From the IMG/VR virus record IMGVR_UViG_3300035208_002851, positions 1-64,000 of that record: DNA of 64,000 bases, one strand, 5' to 3'. Shown here in pieces: positions 57,422-64,000 of this stretch. This DNA is from a virus (lineage: Duplodnaviria > Caudoviricetes). The notes under the pieces were generated by a model. The model was not told the DNA's origin. It did no database searches and saw only the letters and a program-made list of their open reading frames with translations. Each line of letters opens with the position of its first letter. Positions within the stretch are counted from its first letter, which is position 1. Both the position numbers and the translations under genes were made by a program.

Positions 57422-57997
57422 TTACATAGAGCCCAATAAACTTGGACGGAGCCATACGTTAACAAATTGATGCCCATGTGTTACTGAAGCTGATCCTGTG
57501 GTTACTGCAATGCCAAGAGTACCTGAACCCGTTACTATTGTTGCTACCTGTGTACTTAAATTATCAACCATATAATAGCTGCCAGATTTTACTGCTGAGC
57601 CACTTAATGAATTGACAACCCACGCACCTTTGTTAATTGTTACTCCACTACCAGTTGTAATGAATGGAATTATACCCTGTGTAATAACACTTGCTGATTG
57701 ACCAGCTGTATAATCTGCTGCTGCAACGCCAAGTATTCCACCTTGAGCTACACCTGTAGCACCACTAATAAAGATACCCGAACCCGTGTTTGCGAAGAAA
57801 CATACTGGTTGGTATTTACCTATTGTGTTACCTGCGGTGAACCCTGATAGAATTATTGAGCCACTTGTTGCGAGCACATTTGTTTGAGTAATTGCACCAA
57901 CGGTGTTAGTATTATATAAATCTGTAGTTCTTACAACAGAAGTCCTAATTTCATTATATTCACTTAATGGATTTGCTCTATTCGGAACGGAAGCCAT
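57422..57997 (-). CDS. Second decoration-like virion protein
   Basis: ILGVA......G....VITQG beta-tulip-like pattern, 7 [ST]GS. Confidence 0.55.
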   Translation of the reverse strand: MASVPNRANPLSEYNEIRTSVVRTTDLYNTNTVGAITQTNVLATSGSIILSGFTAGNTIGKYQPVCFFANTGSGIFISGATGVAQGGILGVAAADYTAGQSASVITQGIIPFITTGSGVTINKGAWVVNSLSGSAVKSGSYYMVDNLSTQVATIVTGSGTLGIAVTTGSASVTHGHQFVNVWLRPSLLGSM

Positions 57998-58021
57998 ATT
58001 TCATCAAAACCCCCTTTATTA

Positions 58022-58037
58022 CTATAAATACGTGACC
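58022..58037 (-). promoter_or_regulatory. Candidate late-gene motif GGTCACG-N4-TATAG
   Basis: 25 nt upstream of ATG 57997. Confidence 0.5.
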
Positions 58038-58040
58038 TTT

Positions 58041-58775
58041 TTAACTAATTCGCGCCAGCAATTTCTCCAATGAAGTTACTGGTAAGTCAGATACTCCTGC
58101 TAAAAGTTTTAAGTTATTTACCTTCCCCCTGAATAATAAAAACCCAAACTTTTCCGCTTTCTCAACTAAAGTTAAACTCTTATTTTCTTCAACCCAATCC
58201 GAAAGATTAATATTTGATAAACCTATAGTGTTAACCGTACGAACCATAACATTAATAGAACTATCTGCTCCAGTAACAATGCTTATCTTTTCCCATTCGT
58301 CCCTAAGGAAAGTAGCAATATCAAAATCCGATGGAATATCCGTAATTGGATGAGCATGTATAGTACCAATAACTTCCTCATTTTCTCTATACTCTTTAGT
58401 TTTCTTGAAAGTTACAGATAAATCTTCCCCTATATCAAGCATATCCATCCGTATACCTTCGGGAGTTTTAACCAATAGAGCACCAAATTCTTTTTTAGTG
58501 ATATTTGTAAATCTATAGATTTTTTGCACTTGTTCTTCAAAAACATCGTTAAGTATTAACTTACTAGAAACATACCATCGTTTTGTACAATCTGCACAAT
58601 TAAAACCAAAAACGATTTCTTTTTTCCTAACAATTTTAACTTGAACTCTAGACCTCAAATTTCCTTGACATCTAGGACATTGAAAATGCTTATTTTCAGG
58701 TTTAGTTTTATCTATAGAAAGAGATGGATAAAGCATTGAGGAAGTATGAACAGGATTTAAAATTTCAGTTGACAT
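58041..58775 (-). CDS. Zn-ribbon + JAB/MPN+ metalloprotease
   Basis: CPRC..CADC, E (KEFG) ... HAHP....PS..D. Confidence 0.75.
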   Translation of the reverse strand: MSTEILNPVHTSSMLYPSLSIDKTKPENKHFQCPRCQGNLRSRVQVKIVRKKEIVFGFNCADCTKRWYVSSKLILNDVFEEQVQKIYRFTNITKKEFGALLVKTPEGIRMDMLDIGEDLSVTFKKTKEYRENEEVIGTIHAHPITDIPSDFDIATFLRDEWEKISIVTGADSSINVMVRTVNTIGLSNINLSDWVEENKSLTLVEKAEKFGFLLFRGKVNNLKLLAGVSDLPVTSLEKLLARIS

Positions 58776-58796
58776 TTTTATCTTTTCTCCGTATTT

Positions 58797-58937
58797 TTAA
58801 TATTCTTCCATTTCTATTTTTTGAGTTCGTTTATCCTTTAAGTAGCCTTCAGTTCCTTCTGAAAAAACAGCATCGTTCCATTCATTAAGTGCTTTCTGAA
58901 ATTCTTTTTGAACTTCTTTTCCCATACTTCTAGGCAT
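58797..58937 (-). CDS. Hypothetical small protein (46 aa)
   Basis: Manual translation MPRSMGKEVQKEF... Confidence 0.4.
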   Translation of the reverse strand: MPRSMGKEVQKEFQKALNEWNDAVFSEGTEGYLKDKRTQKIEMEEY

Positions 58938-58947
58938 TTTGCTCGTT

Positions 58948-59328
58948 TTATATACCCCTCATAAAGTTTCTAAAGTCCCGAGATATTTTCTGCTTATATT
59001 CTCCTACAACTTCGTAAATTGCAGGCCATATATGTGGCTGCGCTTCCATTTGTGAAGTACCAAATTCTAGATATTTACTGTAGAACTGACCATACTCGTT
59101 TTGAGCATCCGCAATTATAGTGTAATTTGGGAAACTTCCTTCCGCGTGTATACTTTCTGCGTGGCGACCAGTATCATAAGGAGCATTATAACGTGCTCTG
59201 AGAACAATTTCGTTAATCATTTCGTCTGCATCAAATTCTATAATATCTTGATTTTTATCTACAGCTTTTACCATATCATCTAATTTTTTTAATGTATCTA
59301 AAACATCAACAGTTACTGTAAGAGACAT
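58948..59328 (-). CDS. HK97 gp10-like neck/tail component
   Basis: AP.DTG....SI, Y..YLEFGTS.M.AQP...PA. Confidence 0.85.
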   Translation of the reverse strand: MSLTVTVDVLDTLKKLDDMVKAVDKNQDIIEFDADEMINEIVLRARYNAPYDTGRHAESIHAEGSFPNYTIIADAQNEYGQFYSKYLEFGTSQMEAQPHIWPAIYEVVGEYKQKISRDFRNFMRGI

Positions 59329-59654
59329 TATTTTCCAGCCTTTTTACCTGCATCTTCCATTCTTTTTAATCTTGTATAGTAATCACTTAATTCATCTAAA
59401 TGGGCAAGTGCAATTTTAGCAGTCATGAATGGATCATTGTTAGTAATATTCCAATTTCCAGCAGTACCATGTTCAAGTTCAACGTTTAATCCCATATGGA
59501 ATTCTTTTAAGTCGTATTTACCAGTTTCCCAGAGTCCCATCTGGTTCCCTATGTCTTGCGCATCTTCAACAGTAAAACTTCGTTTATATTCATTTTTAAG
59601 TGCTGTAATACACGTTTTTATCTCGTTTATTACATCTTTAGACATATTATACAC
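59328..59654 (-). CDS. DUF5661-like protein
   Basis: G..VELEH, TAKIALAHL.E..DYY.RL..ME. Confidence 0.75.
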   Translation of the reverse strand: MYNMSKDVINEIKTCITALKNEYKRSFTVEDAQDIGNQMGLWETGKYDLKEFHMGLNVELEHGTAGNWNITNNDPFMTAKIALAHLDELSDYYTRLKRMEDAGKKAGK

Positions 59655-60102
59655 AACTCTTCACTACTTTTAAAGCAGCAATATCTGCATCATGAATCCT
59701 TACATGTAAAGCCGATAATAGAAGACTGGCAGCCATAGCTTCTGGTTCTCCCTTTTTAACTACCATGGCCTTTTCTAACATTATTTTCAAATCATCTATT
59801 TCTTTCAATGTAATTGTTTTATCACGTAATTTCTCTAATAGAGCATCTCGTTCATATTCAGTGGGATGGTGTAACAATTCAACCATAGATTTTTCAACAC
59901 CTTCCCAAATTAAATTATTTTTAACCTTGATTTCACGTACATCTTCGCATAAAACTTGGAATTTTACAGAAGTATCTTTTGATTCTAAAATACCTATTCT
60001 TTTGTCCAAATCTGCTGTTGTTTTAAACTGTGTATAAACGAAACCAATTACAGTTATACCAAAAGTTATTAAGGAGAAAAGTGATTCATATGTAAAATCC
60101 AT
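59647..60102 (-). CDS. N-terminally membrane-anchored coiled-coil protein
   Basis: One TM helix then coiled coil. Confidence 0.55.
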   Translation of the reverse strand: MDFTYESLFSLITFGITVIGFVYTQFKTTADLDKRIGILESKDTSVKFQVLCEDVREIKVKNNLIWEGVEKSMVELLHHPTEYERDALLEKLRDKTITLKEIDDLKIMLEKAMVVKKGEPEAMAASLLLSALHVRIHDADIAALKVVKSCV

Positions 60103-60117
60103 TAATTTAACAACAAC

Positions 60118-62091
60118 CTAATTCAAATTTTCTTTTTTTGAGACCATACCATCAAAGTTTTTTCGTACTTCATTAAAACAAGCAGTTTTAAAGAGCTGAT
60201 ATGGTTCTATATCTGTTTCATTGAATTCTAAAGTGTCGGGTTTATTTTTTAATAAGTATGAGGACAACGCATATTTATCTATAGACTCTTTAGATGCCCT
60301 AAAAAGATCGGTTTTAACGTCTTTTACGAGCATTGCGTCATTTTGAAGCTCAAATTTAGCTTTCTGAGTCAAACCTATTAAAGATTCTCTAAATTGTTCG
60401 TCTAATTGTAAAAGTTCAATTTTTTTTGCCTTTATCTCTTCCATCTTCATATTACTCTCCGGTGGAGTTTTTGACTGTTCAGTTATTCTTTTAACATCTG
60501 GTTGAGTTTTTTCTTTTTCTACTGGCTGTTCTTCCTCTGTTTGAGGAACACCCTTTGAAAATCCAACAGGTTCAGCTTTTTCAAGCTTATCATATTTGGC
60601 TTCTGGAATTCTATTGAATCCCATTTCTGAACGGCATTCATTTACGCTTATAGCACCTGCTTGTAGCAACTGTATAAGGCGCTGTGAACGCATATTTTTA
60701 TCTTCTTCAATAATTGGTTTCCAAATTATACTTGCATTTTCAACGTCTTCGCCAAATTCTTCTGTTATGAGGGGTCTGAAAATGAATTCTTCTATTGAAT
60801 CGGCAATAAACTCTTGTAGAACTTGTAACTTTGCAATAAAATCATGAAGTATAACTTCGGCCCCGCCCTTAGAACCCTTATCTGCTTTGCCCATAAGAAT
60901 GGGTGGTACACCTAAAGATTGGTATCTTCGTAGAAGTAGATAATTCAACCACCAATCTAGGTTTAGATCGGAGGCAATTGTTTGCATTTCCTCAAACTCA
61001 ACGTCTCCCTTTGTAAAAATCATGGTTGCAGCAGTTCTACTTTTTAAGGTAGACATTAAATCTCCCATTTGGGCGGTTGTATAAGGCTTCTCCATAGAAC
61101 CTCCTTTAACAATTAGGGGAGGAACTGCTCTGCTGTGAACCCATGTTGCTGCATCATTCTCAAACTGGAGCAATAAATCATTATTTTTCAAAATGGGCAT
61201 CAAAAGACTGGTGCCATACGCAGATTCATATCCCCAACTTGCGGGGCGATTTCTAATATGTATACAAGATTCGTTATCTATGAGTACTGGAGGGAAAGCC
61301 ATCCATTGTATAAACCCATATTGATTACCAAAAGAGTCTCTGCGAACACGCATATAGAGGGGGTCTAAATCTTTTAGTGCAATAATTGTTTTAGCTTTTC
61401 CACTTTTTTTAACGGATTTAGCTATAAAATTCTTATTATTTACCTCGTTTTCTCCCTTATATACAGCTTTTTGCACCTTTTTAAGTGGTATATCAAGAGA
61501 TTCTAAATCATCCTTTGTATAATTTTCTCCTTGATATTCATAAATTTGTTCTTTATTTTCTTCTACTTCATCCCATTGGAGTTCAGTGAAACTGTTACCA
61601 TAAACTAGGGCATCTGTAGCCATTACAGGTAGATGTTGAGGTAGATTGATTCTGTCACATAGTTTTACTATAAATTTTGTTACTTTTTTATCTTTATGAT
61701 AAATTGTGAACCCTTTACCAACAGCAAGGTTAACTTGCATCTGAACTGCATCTTGTACATCTGGTTGAGAACGATAAATTTTGCGGTATTGAGGAAGATC
61801 AGCGAGAGGGTTGACACCGTAAATTTTAGTATAGATATCTGCATAAGGAGACTGTACAAGTCCATATCCGCTACCAGGAGGTAAAGATTTATCTCCTGTT
61901 CCAAGACCCCTTAAAAGTTTTATTGACGGTTGTTCTTGCCAAGTAGGTGGGACATCAATATCATATTCATCTCTCATAGATTTTGGAACAAGGCGGGCCT
62001 GAATCTCTTTATACGTTTTCATAGATCCATCCCATTCTTTCCTCGCTCCATATCTATACCATGGAGGCCTTTTTTCCTCTTTAGAACTCAT
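60118..62091 (-). CDS. Portal protein
   Basis: LVYGNSF, YG.S, LGVPP..MG, G.IS.NE.R...G. Downstream of TerL. Confidence 0.88.
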   Translation of the reverse strand: MSSKEEKRPPWYRYGARKEWDGSMKTYKEIQARLVPKSMRDEYDIDVPPTWQEQPSIKLLRGLGTGDKSLPPGSGYGLVQSPYADIYTKIYGVNPLADLPQYRKIYRSQPDVQDAVQMQVNLAVGKGFTIYHKDKKVTKFIVKLCDRINLPQHLPVMATDALVYGNSFTELQWDEVEENKEQIYEYQGENYTKDDLESLDIPLKKVQKAVYKGENEVNNKNFIAKSVKKSGKAKTIIALKDLDPLYMRVRRDSFGNQYGFIQWMAFPPVLIDNESCIHIRNRPASWGYESAYGTSLLMPILKNNDLLLQFENDAATWVHSRAVPPLIVKGGSMEKPYTTAQMGDLMSTLKSRTAATMIFTKGDVEFEEMQTIASDLNLDWWLNYLLLRRYQSLGVPPILMGKADKGSKGGAEVILHDFIAKLQVLQEFIADSIEEFIFRPLITEEFGEDVENASIIWKPIIEEDKNMRSQRLIQLLQAGAISVNECRSEMGFNRIPEAKYDKLEKAEPVGFSKGVPQTEEEQPVEKEKTQPDVKRITEQSKTPPESNMKMEEIKAKKIELLQLDEQFRESLIGLTQKAKFELQNDAMLVKDVKTDLFRASKESIDKYALSSYLLKNKPDTLEFNETDIEPYQLFKTACFNEVRKNFDGMVSKKENLN

Positions 62092-62111
62092 CTTTTAATC
62101 CTCAAATAAAT

Positions 62112-62255
62112 CTATCTTGAATTAATATTCGGTGGAGATTTTAGAACACAATCGGCGCACCAAGCTACTTTGGCATTTCCCGCAGCAGTTATAACTTGCG
62201 AAGCCTGAGTTTCTGAAGCATCTAAAGTTCTACCACATCTTGAACAAACAACCAT
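62112..62255 (-). CDS. Small zinc-finger protein
   Basis: CSRC...CADC, GGAGG SD. Confidence 0.5.
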   Translation of the reverse strand: MVVCSRCGRTLDASETQASQVITAAGNAKVAWCADCVLKSPPNINSR

Positions 62256-62281
62256 ATTTTAATCCTCCATTTTTTATTTTT

Positions 62282-62617
62282 TTAAGGCCAATAATTTGGA
62301 AAATCAATATCATTATCTAAAGGAGTTGTTTTATTTGATTTCACAATAGTGAAGAATCTAACTAAATCTCCGTTTATGTCACAATATTTCATAAAAACTC
62401 CACATATTGGGCACGGAGCTAAATAATAATAACTATCAGTAGGATTAAATGATAACATTTGATTAGTTGGACCATGACAATTTGGGCAACCTTGTGCATA
62501 TCTTTGCACTGCCCCATATAAAGCGTAAGCGTCTTGCCCATTTACAAAGCAAATTGCTGGATTTTCACCAGACCCCGTCTTAAAAGTGGGCAAATTTAAG
62601 GACAAATCTAAAAACAC
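62282..62617 (-). CDS. Zinc-finger protein
   Basis: CPNC...CPIC. Confidence 0.55.
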   Translation of the reverse strand: MFLDLSLNLPTFKTGSGENPAICFVNGQDAYALYGAVQRYAQGCPNCHGPTNQMLSFNPTDSYYYLAPCPICGVFMKYCDINGDLVRFFTIVKSNKTTPLDNDIDFPNYWP

Positions 62618-62636
62618 CTATTAATAGAACTCTCTT

Positions 62637-62651
62637 CTATAGTCCGTGACC
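62637..62651 (-). promoter_or_regulatory. Candidate late-gene motif GGTCACG-N3-TATAG
   Basis: 20 nt upstream of GTG 62617. Confidence 0.45.
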
Positions 62652-62654
62652 ATT

Positions 62655-62861
62655 TTATAGCGGTCCCCACTTTTCAGACACAGAATTATAATACCTATCG
62701 TAGCGACATTTTTTACATCTTGCACGAATTTTATCACCGTCTCCATGTAAAATTGTATAAGAATAGTTTCTAGAACCACATATACAAATTGGTGCTACAG
62801 GAACTAGAATTCCTATATCATCATCCTTATTTTTTTGAGGTCTACCAACATTGCTAGTCAT
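62655..62861 (-). CDS. Zinc-ribbon protein
   Basis: CICG...CKKC. Confidence 0.55.
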   Translation of the reverse strand: MTSNVGRPQKNKDDDIGILVPVAPICICGSRNYSYTILHGDGDKIRARCKKCRYDRYYNSVSEKWGPL

Positions 62862-63000
62862 AAATCTCGTTTTTCCATATAGTTAATTTTTGAACCATTC
62901 CACAGTTTTTACAAACAACTTCTCCATTTTTTTGATCTATGAAAATGGAGCTTCCACTACTTTTACAATCCATACATATTATGTCGTTTTTTTCTACCAT
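62854..63000 (-). CDS. Stand-alone TFIIB/TFB-type zinc ribbon (48 aa)
   Basis: Manual translation CMDC.S....IFIDQKNGEVVCKNCG.V. Confidence 0.7.
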   Translation of the reverse strand: MVEKNDIICMDCKSSGSSIFIDQKNGEVVCKNCGMVQKLTIWKNEIYD

Positions 63001-64000
63001 ATAGGCATACCTTCAGTCATACCCTCTCTATCCTTGTTTAACTTTGCAAAAACGCTGTCACTTCTCATTACAATCATTGGTTCACATGCAGTATATTCAA
63101 ATTCTTTGTAAACTGCAAGGGTTGCCGCCCATACCATGTCGTCCATACCAGCGGTTTCTTTACCACTGTAGCGGGTGTGTAAACCAAATTTTGTAGATGT
63201 TCTTTGGATACCATGCAACTGTTTTTCGAATTTTTCGGCTATTTCAGCAACAAATTTATCGGGGGAGTCCTTAGAAGGTATAGCAAATTTCTTTCTTTGC
63301 ATCAACATTCGCATGCGGATGATGATGTTTTCTTTGACGTTTGCTGTCAAATCAAAGGGTTGGATGAGGTTTCCGCAATTTTCTTCTTTGCTAAGTATAT
63401 CTTCTAAGACATCTCCCCCCGGTCCACTGGCATCTATCTTTATTAAAGTTGGGTTATATTCATTTTTTAGGGATTTAATGATGTCTACTTGTTCATCGTA
63501 ATGTATTCCAGGCATTATTTCAATATGAATAGTCTTAAAGTTTTCTGGAGCAACTTCTTCTACAACGTAGACTATTGTTTCTGAAGTTGTTCTACCGAAG
63601 TCTATACCAAAATAAATGGGATTCCTTGTTTTATAACCTGAGGAGATGAATTCTTTTATTGTTTGGCAGCCATTTATGAGTTCGTATGGGAAGAAAGCGA
63701 GGGATTCATCAACGAATCCACAGCAATATTCTTGTTCAAAGTCGATATCGGTCATTCCCTCTCGTAGAAATTTCTCTTGTTTAGCAAGACGAGGACATTC
63801 GGTAAAGTGTATATGATGATAACTCCAGGTTGTTTTGGTTTTTGGTGATAATCCTAGATAAACTGACATGAGGGGTTCTACAACTTCATAGTATTTACCT
63901 CGTTTACCGTAAGGGGTACTGTTCATGGTGATGTGACCTCCGATGATTTGGAAGTCACGTACAACAATCCATAATTCTTTGTCGTTGGCAACATGTGCAT
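62994..64000 (-). CDS. terL: Terminase large subunit (5' end beyond the window)
   Basis: STP.G..G motif III, F.QEY.C.F, GIDFG, IDASG.G, DD...A. The frame stays open to 64000 (AHVANDKELW...). Confidence 0.92.
   Translation of the reverse strand, partial: AHVANDKELWIVVRDFQIIGGHITMNSTPYGKRGKYYEVVEPLMSVYLGLSPKTKTTWSYHHIHFTECPRLAKQEKFLREGMTDIDFEQEYCCGFVDESLAFFPYELINGCQTIKEFISSGYKTRNPIYFGIDFGRTTSETIVYVVEEVAPENFKTIHIEIMPGIHYDEQVDIIKSLKNEYNPTLIKIDASGPGGDVLEDILSKEENCGNLIQPFDLTANVKENIIIRMRMLMQRKKFAIPSKDSPDKFVAEIAEKFEKQLHGIQRTSTKFGLHTRYSGKETAGMDDMVWAATLAVYKEFEYTACEPMIVMRSDSVFAKLNKDREGMTEGMPIW

Overview
This window is nearly the whole genome of a tailed archaeal virus (Caudoviricetes, HK97-type head, siphovirus-like tail module). 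It has two arms. They diverge at about 800-1030 and converge at about 43,300. The plus arm encodes an archaeal-type replisome: ERCC4 nuclease, RFC-S plus a degenerate RFC-L, RPA-like SSB, Sak4-like ATPase, PCNA, PolB, PriS-PriL fusion, MCM-like helicase and a Cas4-like nuclease. It also encodes nucleotide metabolism genes (NrdD/G, dUTPase, DUF5664, cytidine deaminase), a peptidase/holin-like pair followed by a type I hammerhead ribozyme, and a ~15 kb glycan locus. That locus holds RfbF, RfbG, RfbH/DdhC, a split YerE-like ThDP enzyme, SDRs, 5 glycosyltransferases plus one more at 23 kb, and methyltransferases. The minus arm encodes TerL, portal, protease, MCP, decoration, neck and tail genes, with a -1 frameshifted tail chaperone and a very short tape measure. 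A putative TerS runs off the left edge and TerL runs off the right edge, so the ends probably join. The strongest unexplained signal is the tripeptide [S/T]-G-S. By manual count it occurs about 100 times, almost all in predicted surface-exposed virion proteins. It is absent from portal, protease, tape measure, TerL and the main plus-arm enzymes. Together with the glycan locus, this suggests a virus-encoded, sequon-directed virion glycosylation system that may use a yersiniose-like branched sugar. All family calls come from motif recognition by eye. No database searches were run.
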